From assembly GCA_964016885.1 (NCBI GenBank), contig OZ024754.1, positions 39,742,001 to 39,806,000 on the forward strand: a stretch of DNA of 64,000 nt, in the 5' to 3' direction. The position numbers and the translations under genes were made by a program. Below are positions 12,301-26,033 of the stretch, in pieces. Within the stretch, counting starts at the first letter, position 1; each line of letters begins with the position of its first letter. The DNA comes from Eledone cirrhosa. Lineage: Eukaryota. The notes below the pieces were generated by a model. The model did no database searches. It saw only the letters and a program-made list of their open reading frames with translations, and was not told the origin of the DNA.

Positions 12301-13857
12301 ACAACTGCTTTAGAAATATAACTTAAATGGAAATCATACATAGTGTCTTTAATAAAATATATGACAAGGAAAGGACTAAAGTGTATGGGTAATCTAGTTA
12401 GTTCCTTCTATATTGAGGAACTAAATTACTTTGTAAATGTCACATAGTTTAAAAATAAGGTCACACATCACAAATGTTTCAACTATGCCTTCTGTGGTTT
12501 AACCCTTGTTGTAACTTTAATATAGTCACTTTTGTGGTTAGCTATTTCATTGCCATATCCCTAATTAACCATTTCATGACTATATTTCTAATGAAATTCA
12601 CTCTATTTCAATTAATTAATGAAGAATTTTGAGGGATTTACTAAAATTATTAATTATTTTATTACTAAGATTGTAACTTAACCCTTTAGTATTTACATTA
12701 CTCTATATTTACTATAGTTTTTTTGTGGTAAAGGCTTTACCTCACATAGTTATCTCACAATATCGATTATACAAGATTTTGATATTATTTATTTTGAGAA
12801 CAATACCTTAACATAAGTATGAGTGGCCAGTTACTGCTGGTTTGAGCAGAAAGAGGTGAAAGAATTCTGGCCAGATATGGCCGGTTCACATTACTCTCAC
12901 CATCATCATCATCATCATTTTACGTCTGCTTTTCCCTGCTTGCAAGGGTGGGATGGGAACTGATTCTGGCTTGATTTCTACAGCTGGATGCCCTTCCTAA
13001 CACCAACCTCATTTACAGTGAGTGCTGGGTGCTTTTTTGCAGTGGAATGATAGCGACCCCAGTCCCTATCATCTCATTTCTACAGCTGAGTAAACTGGAG
13101 CAATGTGAAATAAAGTGTCTTGCTCAAGGAAACAACACATCACCCGGTCTGAGAATTGAACTCACAATCTTTCGATTGCAAGGCCAATGCTCTAACCACT
13201 AAGCCATGTGCCTCCATACTCTATATATACTATTATATTTTCATGGTAAAGGCTTTACCTCGCATAATTATCTCACATAATATCAAATCTATGAGATTTT
13301 GAAAGTATTTATTTTGAGAACAATGCCTTAACATAAGTTTGAGCGGCCAGTTACAGCCAGTTTCAACAGAACGAGGTAGAGAATTCTGGCCGGTTTGAAC
13401 ATTAAAGGGTTAAATGCTAAAGGGTTAATATAAAGTTCTTATATAAAATTATATTGGAAAATTTCCATTTAAATTGGAAACCTTTAAAATGGGTTGTTTT
13501 ATTTCATAGAACTAGAACCGGGTTTGTAACAAAAGGGTTAAAGACACTGTTTAGGATTTTCAAATCATTTAAAAAATAATCAAGAATTTAAAGCTATTAG
13601 TAACATAAATGATTTAGAAATATAACTTAACAAATGTTCTTACATAAAATTATGATGGAAGGTTTCTAAATAAATATAAACATTTAAAAATAAATAAAAA
13701 CAACTTAGTATCCTGAAACGAGGGACAGTTTCAGGTGGTGGTGTGGTATCAAAAGGGTTATGGAAGGGTGAATAATTGTATCATTAGTGTAGCTATAAGT
13801 TACTGCAAGTAGGCTATTAATGTACAGAAGCTTGAGGTATGGCAGAATCAATAATGT

Positions 13858-13895
<38 letters not shown>

Positions 13896-13997
13896 TCATT
13901 ATTTCAATAGACAGTCTGACAGGTGATACCACTGGAGTATAACATTGGGGAATAAGTTTCTGGTAGATCTGACTCTGGAAATACAGACTGAAGTGGT

Positions 13998-14256
13998 TCA
14001 TCATCATCATCATCATTCCAACCATCAACACCACAACCACCACCATCATCATCAGCAGCAACACCTTCACTACTACCATTCTCATCATCATCATAACAAC
14101 CACCATCACCATCATCATCATCATCAGCAGCACCACCTTCACTACTACCATTCTCATCATCATCATAACAACCACCATCACCATCACTATCACCAACACT
14201 AGCACCACCTTCACTATCATCATCATCATCATCATCATGACAACCACCATCATCAT
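13998..14256. repeat. (CAT/CAC)n imperfect microsatellite
   Basis: Seen directly, with an internal duplicated block. Confidence 0.9.
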
Positions 14257-14365
14257 TTTACATCCACTTTCCATGCTAGCTCATGTTTCATATTTGTCAT
14301 ATATTTTGTAGCTAGCTGCCCTTTCTAACCCCAACCAGTTTACAGTGTAATGGCTGCATTTTACC

Positions 14366-15012
14366 ATACGGGGTCGATAAAATAAAGTACCAGTAATACA
14401 CTGGGTAATTGCTGGCCTTGTGCCTAAAGTAGAAACAATTATTATTGGCAGCATCGGTAGAGGGTCGGACGCCATGCTTTCCAGCACAGTTACGTCCCTT
14501 TATGATCTGAGTTCAAATCCCGTTGAGGTTGACTTTGCCTTTCATCCTTACGGGGTCGATAAAATAAAGTACCAGTAATGCACTGGGTAATTGCTGGCCT
14601 TGTGCCTAAAGTAGAAACAATTATTATTGGCAGCATCGGTAGAGGGTCGGACGCCATGCTTTCCAGCACAGTTACGTCCCTTTATGATCTGAGTTCAAAT
14701 CCCGTTGAGGTTGACTTTGCCTTTCATCCTTACGGGGTCGATAAAATAAAGTACCAGTAATGCACTGAGTAATTGCTGACCTTGTGCCAAAAGTAGAAAC
14801 AATTATTGCTATATATAGGGCGGTAGATTGACAGTATTGGTAGAGCATCAGACAACATGCTTTGCAGCATATAGTTATGGCCCTTTACGTTCTGAGTTCA
14901 AATCCTGCTGAGGTTAGCTTTGCCTTTCATCCATACGGGGTCGATAAAATAAAGCACTAGTAATGCACTGGGTAATTGCTGGCCTTGTGCCTAAAGTAGA
15001 AACAATTATTAT
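14366..15012 (+). mobile_element. Tandem cluster of SINE family 1
   Basis: Two nearly identical 182-bp units plus one partial and one diverged copy. Confidence 0.9.
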
Positions 15013-15432
15013 TACTATATATATATGTATAATCATCATCATCGTTTAAAGACACCCAGTCTACACTGTAAATGTGGTTGGTGTTAGGAAGGGCATCCAG
15101 CCGTAGAAAACCTACCAGAAACAGTTCTGTACGAGCGAGACACGGTCACCCGACCAATCTTGCCTCAAGTGGGACAAACCCGTCCAACCCATGCTAGCGT
15201 GGAAGATGGACGTTAAACGATGATGATTATATATGACGGGCATTGGCCAACCTGTGGCCATAGTAGAAGACACTTGCTCATGGCGCCATACAGTGGCACT
15301 GAACCCGAACCATATGGTTGCAATGTGAACTCCTTAACCACATAGCCATGTTTGTGTCTGTGTCTAGGTTTCTGTTTTATCTTAATTGGATATCAGTTTC
15401 ACAAGTTTATTTATCACTATTTCTATTTTCAG

Positions 15433-15641
15433 GTTGTGAAGATATAATTGTAGAAAGTATCGCAGTAGAAAATTTAAGTTCTGTATTGACGTGGAGTTCT
15501 GAGCCCCATGGGTCTCAGTGGGTCCATCGGCAAGCTTTACATTTTTTACGAGAAGAATTTCTTCAGTTACTACATTCTCCAATTTTCTGTGAGATGGGAA
15601 AAGATTACCTCATTGCTGCTATTTGCTCCGACTTCTTACAG
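15433..15641 (+). CDS. BTBD7: BTBD7 coding exon 2 (start of BACK domain)
   Basis: ttttcag acceptor. Encodes (G)CEDIIVESI...WSSEPHGSQWVHRQALHFLREEF...SDFLQ. Donor CAG|GTAATA. Phase matches exon 1. Confidence 0.93.
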
Positions 15642-15867
15642 GTAATAATAATTTTGTTATTTATTTCAAACCATAATTACCATTGCATATATTACTCTTG
15701 AGATAATTTTGATTTTTTTTTTTCTCTGTCCAAAAATATTTCATTCACACACAAAGATGTTAACATTTCTCACAGTTCCTACCACTACTTCTGGTTAGTA
15801 ATGGCATAAACAGAAAGAAAAGATGGCACATACAGGCTAAAATGTTTTCTCTATATTCCAAGGTTTT

Positions 15868-15905
15868 TGACTTCTGATGAGATTATATCTCGAAAATTAA
15901 GGTTG
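15868..15905 (+). ncRNA. Putative minimal type I hammerhead ribozyme motif (Penelope-like element remnant)
   Basis: TGACTT-CTGATGA-GATTATATCTC-GAAA-AT-TA-AGGTTG. Both core boxes are intact, stem I is UGACUU/AGGUUG with three G.U pairs, stem III is the palindrome AATT, and AATAAA follows at 15912. Confidence 0.5.
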
Positions 15906-17014
15906 TATTTAAATAAAGAGCAGGTAACACCAAGCAGCTTTGTTGCCTTCTTTTAACTTAAATCACACCACACCTTTCGCATTGTCACAGACTTTGAATT
16001 ACATACCTTCTCATTATTAAATTATATAGTAGTAGGCATGGCTGTGTGGTTAAGGAATTCACTTCTCAACCACATGGCTTCGGATTTAGTCACATAGTGT
16101 GACACTTATAACTTTGGGAGTGAAATTTTGTAAATGGAAACTGCAGATCAACAAAATTAATACCAAGCTTAAATTAAATTAAGCACTAGGCTTGATTTGA
16201 TTAACTAAATCCTTTCAAGGCAGTGCTCCAGCATGGCTGTAGTCTAATGACTGAATCAAGTAAGAGAATAGAAAAAATCCTAAAATATTGTTTTTGTTTA
16301 ATAAAAAAAGTAAATTTTATAGATATTTTTAGATTATAATTATTTGAGTTACATTCAAGGACAAACTTAGTAGGTTAAACAGTATAATAGCTAATATATC
16401 ATATATTTTTTACTTTAATTGTTCTATAAACCATTAATTGACAGTATTATCATCTCATGTCCTTTGTAAAACATCAGATAGATGTTGCCTCGTGGTCCCC
16501 AGAAAACAGAATTTTGAATGTGTTTCCCCAGAGGTTAACGATGGAGATACACTACAAGAGTCAGATGACCATCCATGCCCAGATTGTAATAAGTAAGGAT
16601 ATAGTTCAGAAACCCAGGTTTCCACTGCTATAGGTTAACGCTTTAACATTTACATTACTCTATATTTACTATTGTATTTTCATGGTAAACACTTTATCTG
16701 ACATAATCATTTCATATAATATCGAATCTATAAGATTTTGATATTACTTATTTTGAAAACAATACCTTAACATAAGTATGAGCAGCCGATTATGGCCGGT
16801 TTGAACAGAAAGAGGTGAGATAGACATAATCATTTCATATAATATCGAATCTATGAGATTTTGATATTACTTATTTTGAGAACAATACCTTAACATAAGT
16901 ATGAGCCGGTTATGGCCGGTTTGAACAGAAAGAGGTGAGATAATTCTGGCTGGATTTGGCTGGCTTAAATGCTAAAGGGTTAAACAATAAAACTATTAGC
17001 GAGCTGCCATTACA

Positions 17015-17295
17015 TTGACAGTGGCTGGAATAAAGTTCCTCCAAAGGGTCTTTGGAGTAATGTTACTTGATAAAGTGTGTAGCTCGGAGATCAGGGAGTC
17101 GCTCCAGGTGGAGCTGCTACTTCTCCGAATTGAGAGATCACAGCTCCGATACTATGAACATGGGGTCAGAATGTTTCAGGAAAGAATTGCTGGACAGATT
17201 TTATGGGGAGGAGGCCCTAGAGGTATATCCTGAGCATGATGGTTGGATAACATCCATGAGGTCAGTTGGTCTTGCTGGGGATTCAGCTGAATCAA
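17015..17295 (+). mobile_element. RTE-clade LINE 3' fragment
   Basis: AGIKFLQRVFGVMLLDKVCSSEIRESLQVELLLLRIERSQLRYYEHGVRM is a typical RTE C-terminus. Confidence 0.8.
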
Positions 17296-20200
17296 TTGCT
17301 AATGGGTTAAAAGAAAAATTATATAATCACAAACTGACATATTAACATTGGAAGACCCTCCACACACATCATATGTGTGTTGGCTTCTAACTAAATTATC
17401 TTCTCTGATAAAGTCTCTTTGTTGATGGGCTGCAGAATTACATCAGTGGGTTTAATTTTAGCAAATGTACTGAACATCTTTTATGTAGATAGTAACTATA
17501 TATGACAAATATATCTCATTGGCTATTAACATTAACAAAAAAAAAAATGTTTTTCTTTTCATCATTTCTAATCCTTTTATTTTATTTTCCAAAGAAAAAC
17601 ATGTAGATAAAAATTCCATTTTGTATATTATATTAATTGCATGGCCTTTTTATCCATCTGTTACACACAAACTACGATTTATCCTAAACATTCTAAATAT
17701 TTTACTTAGAAGCCAATATTAGTCACTTTTGAAGTCTTCTTTGAACAGTCAGATGTCAGTCTACCTGGTAAAAAACAATGAAGATATTAAAAAGAAGAGT
17801 TGAAATTAATGCAAGCAAGATTTCACAGCTCTAACATCATTCCTTCATAGTCAGCCTAGAAAAACGTAAAATGGAAAAGAAGATATACGTCTTTGTAAAA
17901 AAAACAAAAAACAATCCATCATTTATTAAGAAATATATTGATATTTCATGAAGTTATAATGAAATGAGGTACAACCAAATTTAAGTTTAGAGTAAAAAAT
18001 TTGGTATATAAGTTTTATTAATTCTTAATGACCTGTACTATACATGATCACATTAGCAAGACATTCCTGCATTACGTTATATAATGTCTTTTGTTTACTG
18101 CAAATTCCTACAACAATCTGTCCATTAGTAAAAAGATACTATAAACATTTGAATTCACAAACCTACATTTAGATATTCTCTGCTGGTGGACTAAATGTTT
18201 TGTGGATATTAATGTCGGTTTTCTTAACATAGTCACAGTCTATATAAAAATAATCTGAGTGTGAATAAATAGCTGAATTATGACAACCAGATGAGCAAGT
18301 TACTGAATAGGTGAGTGAACTTCAAAGGAATCCCAGTCTTAATCATCTTGATACTAACCTACCTGATTTATGACACAAAAATCCTTGACTCTGAAGTGTT
18401 CATTAAATTAAAACTGGCCATAATTTTATAACAGAAACTTTTTCAGTTATGTGCTCCAGCATGGCCTCAGCCGGATGGCTGGAACAGGTAAAAAAGTAAA
18501 AGAGTATATATACTCCAAACACCACTATCATAGTTTTTATGTCCACTTTTCCCTGTTGGCATGGGTTGGACTGGATGGTTTAAGACAATGTTTTACAGCC
18601 AGATGTCCTTCCTGATTTCAACCCTTTTAGTAACCGCTGTCCATTGTAAGATGAAAACTTTTTTAGTAAATTTCCTCAGGCTGGATTATTTTTAACCCTT
18701 TAGTATTTAAACCGGCCATATCCAGCCAGAATTACCTTACCTCTTTCTAAACAAACCAGTCATAACCAGCTGCTCATATTGATGTTAAAGTATTGTTCTA
18801 GAAATAAATAACATCAAAATCATGTAGATTCGATATTATGTGAGATAATTATGTAAGATTAAAGCCTTTACCACAAAAATACAATAGTATATATAGAGTA
18901 ATGTAAATGCTAAAAGGTTAAACATTAAATGAAACTCATAAGCAGTGTATTTCCTTAGAAATATGGTTACAAATGGATCATTTGGCCTGCTTTTTGAAAA
19001 AGAACAGGTTAATGATATTGTTTCATATCATATCGTATATCATCATTTTACGTCCGCTTTTCCCTGCTTGCAAGGGTGGGACATATATTTTTTTATAATT
19101 AATAAATTTATTAGAGTGTGGCACTGAATTCCACGGTATTAGTTCCAGCTCTCTGTTGTGATCCATGTTTAAATCCCACTGATGTCAACTTTACCTTTCA
19201 TTCTTTCAGGGTTAATAAAGCACCAATCCAGGGGCAGTGGTTTGGTGGAATTGTTAAAGAGTTAGTTGGGATGGTTTATAATCTCTGTTCTGAGTTCAAA
19301 TCCTGCCTCCTGTCACTGAAAAAGTGGTGAAGCTTTTGCCAGGAGTTGCAACTAGCAGATAATATCAGCAATGGAAAAACTAATGGAAACAGTTTCTTTG
19401 GTCAAATTCTGATGATTGCCTAATTTTCCTTTTCATGTGTGTGAATCAATCAATATTTAAAAAATATAACACACATGGTGTATCCTAGATAGCTAATATT
19501 TTACAAGTTTTATTTGCATGAATTACTATCTGTAGGCAGTTGTATATCTCTGGTTCAAAGTAAATTTAACCCATATAAAACAGTATTTGAGTTTGGCTTA
19601 AGTAATCCCAAAATACATTGGATATGCATTGTTTTTTGAACTCACTAACTTTCTGTCTACCAAATTCACTCACAAAGCATTAGTTGAGCTGAGACTATCT
19701 GTACTTTCAGTGTATGAATGTATGAACGCACAACTCCTGGAGGAGTTGTTGGAGTGTTCTAGTGATATATGGTGGAGCCTATCACCTCTTCAGGTTTAAA
19801 TACAGCCAATTTCTTCCAGTGAAGGAGAGAAAACGATAGCGATGAAATAAGAAAGAGATATAGTGGAAGAATCAACCCCAGTATTCGACTGGAACTTTTT
19901 TTTTATTGACCTCAGAAAGATGAAAGGCACAGTTGATCTTGTCAGGATTTGAATTCAGAACACAGAAAGCATTCTATCCGGTGTTTCTTGGTTTGCAGCC
20001 TTCACATTGTCATTGGATTATAAAAATAAATTAATAGACTGTCTTAAAAAATAATGTCTCTCTCATCTACTCAAATTAGCAGGGGACAGAGAATGGGGGG
20101 ACTGTAGCTCTTCAAGCCAAAGTTGATTTGAACATAAGTTTTAAAACAATATCCTTTAACTGTTTCCTTCAGTACTTCATAAGGTTCTACTCTTTCCATC

Positions 20201-20519
20201 TTAGAATACTTTCCTTTTCCATTATACCTTTAAAAAGGTTTTTTATATTGGTTTCTTTGTCTTCTTAATTTAAAATCTAAAACACACACACTCATATATA
20301 GTCACACACACACGCGCGCGCGGAGTAAAACAAAGTAACTTCCTGGCAATCTGTAAAAGGACCGCTGTTTACTATTAAATCCTTTCCATTCACAGCTTTT
20401 ACATTAATTTTCCCTTCCTTCCCACCTATTTCCTACTCACTGCACTTGAAGACCTGTTTTCTTCTTCAACTTTGTATAAACATTTCCTTCTTGTGAACAT
20501 CTGAAACATGGCTGCCATA

Positions 20520-21036
20520 GTCTGTATGTGTCCCTACTCTCTCTCTCTGTGAATTAGTGTGTGTTGGTGTGTGTCTGTGTGTTAGTGTATGCCATTCTCT
20601 GTCTGTCTCTTTCTTTATATGTCAGTGTGATCCTGTGTCAATGTGTGTGTGTGTGTGTGTAAGTGTATGTCTCTCTCTCTTTGTGTCACTGTACCTCTCT
20701 CTCTGTCTCTGTCTCAGTGTATGCCTGTGTGTGTCAGCATGAATCTGTGTAAGTGTATGTCTCTCTCTCTTTGTGTCAGTGTACCTCTCTCTCTCTCTCT
20801 GTGTCAGTGTACCTCTCTCTCTCTCTCTGTCTCAGTGTACCTCTCTCTCTCTCTCTGTCTCAGTGTATGCCTGTGTGAGTCAGTGTTTGTCAGCATGAAT
20901 CTGTGTTAGTGTATGTCTCTCTTCTCAATGTCACTGAGTGTCTCAGTGTCTGTCTGTGTGTCTGTGTATGTGCCACTGTATACCTGTCTGACTATCAGTC
21001 AATATATATATGTCTCTCTCTCTCTCTCTGTCTCTG
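20520..21036. repeat. CT/GT-rich compound microsatellite
   Basis: Alternating (CT)n and (GT)n tracts with repeated cagtgtacctctct. Confidence 0.85.
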
Positions 21037-22464
21037 TTAAAATTTACCCACTACTACTCTGCACTTTGAAAACAATATATGAAAACCTTTTGACAAAAAT
21101 ACCTTTTGCCTAGTAAGGGATTTTTATTTTTTCTCCATGGTACTTAACAATGGATATATAGTTTTCTAACTTCAATTATATAAAGCTTTATTTACATATA
21201 AAGACTCAGTTTTAAATAAAGTTCAGAATACATACTTAAAACCGAATCCTAAGAATATAAAGAGAATGTATAATGTCATTTCGGTTCATTAAAATTTCTC
21301 CTATTCACTTAGTTTGAAATACTTGTATGTATGCATTCACATATTCTCCTCACCTTGTCTGTCATGTTCCCATTTAGTTTCGAGATATCTGTATTCATTA
21401 TAAATTCATGCGTTGCCGTTGCATGTTATTTGTTAAATTTTCCTTACCTTTTTGCGTATCAATATGCTGTTATATATTCATCTATAAACTGCACTTTTTC
21501 CCACGAAATTATGGAGAAAACCTGTTTGTGACTTATATGTCTCATGGACCTACAACATCTTGATTCAAAATATATGATACATTGCAAATGTTGTAAAACT
21601 GAGGTGCAACTTATCTGCCAATTTGACTTACACACAAACATATATGGTATTCCATTCTTTTATTCTTTTTTGGGGGGTTTCAGTCATTGGACTGGGGCTA
21701 TGCTGGAGTACCACCTTGATTTAGTTGATCATATTGATTGCAGTACTTACTTTTGTCTGCTACTTACTTTATTGATCTATTATAGTCAAACTGTTAGTTT
21801 ACAGGACATAAACACAGACATGGATGTAAATATAGTCACCCACACACAGGCACACATATATATGACAGTCTTCTGCAGTTTCTGTCTACCAAATTCCACT
21901 CACAAGGCATTGGTCAACTCACTGCTATAGTTCTGATCACTGGACTGGAAAGGGAGTCAAGAGCATACAAAATAAAGATGAGTTCAGAAAAGAGCAATAC
22001 TGTAGCCAATAGTTATAAGAACGCACCAATATCATGTTGAATGGAGAAAACATGTTAAGAAATGGGTAACTTTAACCCTTTAATGTTCAAACCGGCCAAA
22101 AGCGGCCCTAATTCTCTACCTTTTTCTGTTGAAACTGGCTGTAACTGGTCGTTCAAACTGATATTAAGGTATTGTTCTCAAAATAAATACTTTCAAAATC
22201 TCATAGATTCGATATTATGTGAGATAATTATGCGAGGTAAAGCCTTTACCATGAAAATATAATAGTATATATAGAGTAATGTGAATGCTAAAGGGTTAAA
22301 TACCTAGGATCCACTTTGACCAAGGATAGCTTCTCAATAAAGGAGGTTAAAAACAAGATCCTGATCTGACAACATCAAGAGGGCTGGGCAGGTCTCAGCA
22401 CTGAGACCCTTCTGTGTAAGACAGAGGAGAGGGAGAGAAATCAGTGGCGATTGCTGACTGCCAG

Positions 22465-22932
22465 AGCATCTAGGGTGCCACTCCAATAACTGTCTGCACC
22501 CAAATGAGTGGTGGCACTAGTTATGACTTCCAGAACATCTAGAGTGGCACGCAATTGACTTCCAGAATGTCTAGAGTGGCACGTGACTTTCAAAACATCT
22601 AGAGAGGCAGATGGCTTAGTGGCTAGAGTATTGGGCTTGCAATCGAAAGGTTGTGAGTTCAATTCTCGGACTGGGTGATGTGTTGTTTCCTTGAACAAGA
22701 CACTTTATTTCACGTTGCTCCAGTTAACTCAGTTGTAGAAATGAAATGATAGGACTGGTGTCCCTATCATTAAATTACCCAAGACACCTCCAACGAGATA
22801 TACCTTGGAGGAGGCCAGCTAAACCTGCATAGGTGTGAGCTGTCACACACACACACACACACACAATTGACTTCCAGAACATCTAGAGTGACACTCCAAT
22901 GACTTCCAGACCATCTAGAGTGACACTCCAAC
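22465..22932. repeat. Short minisatellite (about 33 bp) interrupted by a SINE
   Basis: GACTTCCAGAACATCTAGAGTGGCAC units lie on both sides of a SINE at about 22604-22865. Confidence 0.75.
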
Positions 22933-24034
22933 AACTGGTTGCACTACTTATGGGGAAATGATGATGATTCGTTTGAGATATTATCATCATCATCGTTAAT
23001 GTCTGAGAGAAATCAAAATGACATTTTAAAATTATATTGTTAAATGTTCTAACATTGTGGTTTGAATAACTAGCTATTCATGTATATTTTATTAACATAT
23101 TTCTCATGGGAAAAAAAAATGATGATTATGATGATATATGTAATAAGTTTTTATCAATTTTGAATTACTTTTATATATAGTAGCACTCAATACATTTATC
23201 TGTCTTGTGTCTATTATGTTTGGTATCACTTAGTGCAGTTGTGATGTATCTATTTAGAAAAATCTCAGTATTTTGTTGTTTTGTCTGCTGACAAAGCTTC
23301 AGTAAATGCAAAATACTACAGTTAAAAATATTTGCATAACTTACTTAAATAATTCATTAGCTTTTTTTTAAATACTAGCTTAAGTATAATGCAATATTTT
23401 AACAAATGAAAAGTCTTTCTCTCATAGCAGGGCATTACCTTTCTATATAATTGAAATTAGTTTCACTGAAATAGCAAGTATTTATCTGACTTAACTACCG
23501 TATTTCCCAGCATCGAAGATGCTACTTTTTTCATAAAATAAGTCTCAAAAATCTATCATGCATCCTGGAGGCCGAAGGTTGTTTATTATTTTTTTTCAAA
23601 TTTTTGGTTGTCAAAATTAGGGTGCGTTTTCAACGCCGGGACATACGGTAACCCCTGCTACCTCATTATGAGTTGCTGTAAGATCTGGTATGTCTCTGGT
23701 TTTACAGAAACAGATTTGGAATTGAAAATTTTAAAAGCAAAGAAATGGTATTTCATTAAATACTGAAAACCTTTAACCCTTTAACATTTACTTTATTCTA
23801 TATATACTATTGTAGTTTTGTGGTAAAGGCTTTATCTCACATAATATTGAATCTATGAGATTTTGATATCATTTATTTTGAATACAATACCTTAACATCA
23901 GTATGATTGACTAGTTATGGCTGGTTTGAACAGAAAGAGGTGAGAGAATTCTGACCCTTCACAGTGCCAGCTACTTTATAATGAGCTCTATACACTGAAA
24001 AATGGAGTGAGGATTTTATTATTTTACTAATTTC

Positions 24035-24362
24035 AGTCATTAGACTGCAACCATGCTGGAGCACCACTTTGAGGGGTTTTTAGTTGATCTCATTGAACCC
24101 AGTACTTATTTTTCAGGTCTGTTACTTGTTCTATCAATCTTTATTTGTTGAACCGCTAAGTTGTAAGCCATAAACAGACATCAGAAACATGGACAGACTC
24201 AGTCATAACTGGCTTTCTATCTACCAAGTTCTACTCACAAGGCATTGGTCAACCCAAGTCTATTGTAGAAGACACTTGTCCAAGGTGCCATACAGTGGCA
24301 CTGAACCTGAAACCATGTGGTGTTTGTGCAGCAGACTCCTTAACCACACAACCATACCTGCA
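24035..24362 (-). mobile_element. tRNA-derived SINE family 3
   Basis: Reverse strand reads GGTATGGTTGTGTGGTTAAG...CCTTGGACAAGTGTCTTCTAC...GCCTTGTGAGT. Fragments at 10963, 15235-15352, 16033-16265, 21680-21930, 37855. Confidence 0.75.
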
Positions 24363-24713
24363 CCTTTGTTTAATGATATAACAGTTTTGAATTCATGAGA
24401 TATAGATGCTACACCTTAACCCCTTGGTCTCTATCACCATCATCATCGTTTAACGTCCATCTTGCACGCTAGCATGGGTTAGACGGTTTTGTTCCATTTG
24501 ATGCAGGAATGGTTGGGAGACCATATCTCACTCGCACGGAAGCGTCTCTGGCAGGTTTTTTACAGCTGGATGCCCTTCCTAACACCAACCACATTTACAG
24601 TGTGGACTGGGAGCCTTTATATCTATATAAAGTATTTGGTAACTCTATATCTGTATAAAGAATTTGATAACTTTCCTTCATTATTTTATGTGGTTCTTTT
24701 ATGTTTATTTCAG

Positions 24714-24789
24714 GCTGGAGAGTTAGATGTTCTCAATGCTGTATTAAAATGGGGGGAACACCAACTTGTCAAAAGAGTGGAGGAGCGAG
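24714..24789 (+). CDS. BTBD7: BTBD7 coding exon 3
   Basis: tttcag acceptor. Encodes AGELDVLNAVLKWGEHQLVKRVEER. Donor G|GTAAGT (phase 1). Confidence 0.92.
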
Positions 24790-26033
24790 GTAAGTGGGCT
24801 TCCAATATTAAAGACTATTTTTTTAAAATCATTTTAGCTTTTATGTATGTATTTACATACACACACATACACACATATTCATACATATCCCCCCCCCCTC
24901 CCCCACACACACTACCCAAGAAACTACTCCCACAATCTTTGTATACACCCCACACTACCCAACATCACCCCCAACGACCACTAGACTTGTCTTACAGCCA
25001 TGATATACTTATCATCCTTCTTGACAATCCTACCCCCCCCCCCCCTATAGGGTAGAAAGGGCCCTTCACTCATGCGACCCTGGTGTCGCCCAGTATACCC
25101 TGAAAGGTGATTGGTGATAGGAAGGTCATCTAGTTATAGAAACAACACCAAAGGGGTTGAGAGGTCTCCTCAGCTTCGTCAAGGGCTAGTGTCATGATAA
25201 AATGCACTCGGTAGAGCACGGGATCATATATAAGCATGATGCAAGCCCCTGGCCCATACAGTGGAATGGAGGGGTGTATGTAAGCAAAATGCAGGCTTCC
25301 AGTCTATTTGAATGGTCAATAGTTCTGCCAAGTACTGACTTGACCTATGATGACCTGCCGAACCTTTGCTAGCAAGGAGAACAGACATTGTTCCAGTCTA
25401 TTTAGCTGTGACAACACTCATGCCAAGCTCTATCACTGTTTGCCTTTCCTTCTGACAGCATGAGTGGCATGGAGGATGTGGAGGGAAAGACTTATGTATG
25501 GGTGACTGCTGGTCTTTCGCTAAAACGCCTTGCTCCAGCTTACACCTTGGAGAAGACCTTTCCAGGTGTAAATCTATGGTCAGTCTCAAATACCTTACTC
25601 CAGGTTATAATATATCATAATAAATCATTGTTAAAGTTGTGATGTATTAGACTACATGAGATTATGATATATCTTAGTAACATTATGATGTAATAAATCA
25701 TGATACTTATGATGTAATATAACAGCAGATGAGAATAGAGGGGAAAGTTCTCCTCAGGTATTCTCACATTGTGATAAAATACAGTGTTTTATATTAAATG
25801 TGAATTTAGTTTATTGATATAATTATCAAGCTTTCAAATTTAATGCAACAAAAAAACCAAAAAAAAAACCTGATTTGATATTTCACCAAACCTTTCTCTT
25901 TCCTATACCTTGCTCTATTCAGTAGCCTCAAATTAGCTATTTTGCTATCATATCTAAATTTAACTTTATGCCTGCTTCAGCCTTTTCTCATGACAGCATT
26001 TCATTATAACATGTTTATTATATATATATATAT

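Noticed and set aside
13705-14274. His-rich and Met/Val-rich ORFs
   Set aside because: They come from a CAT/CAC microsatellite.
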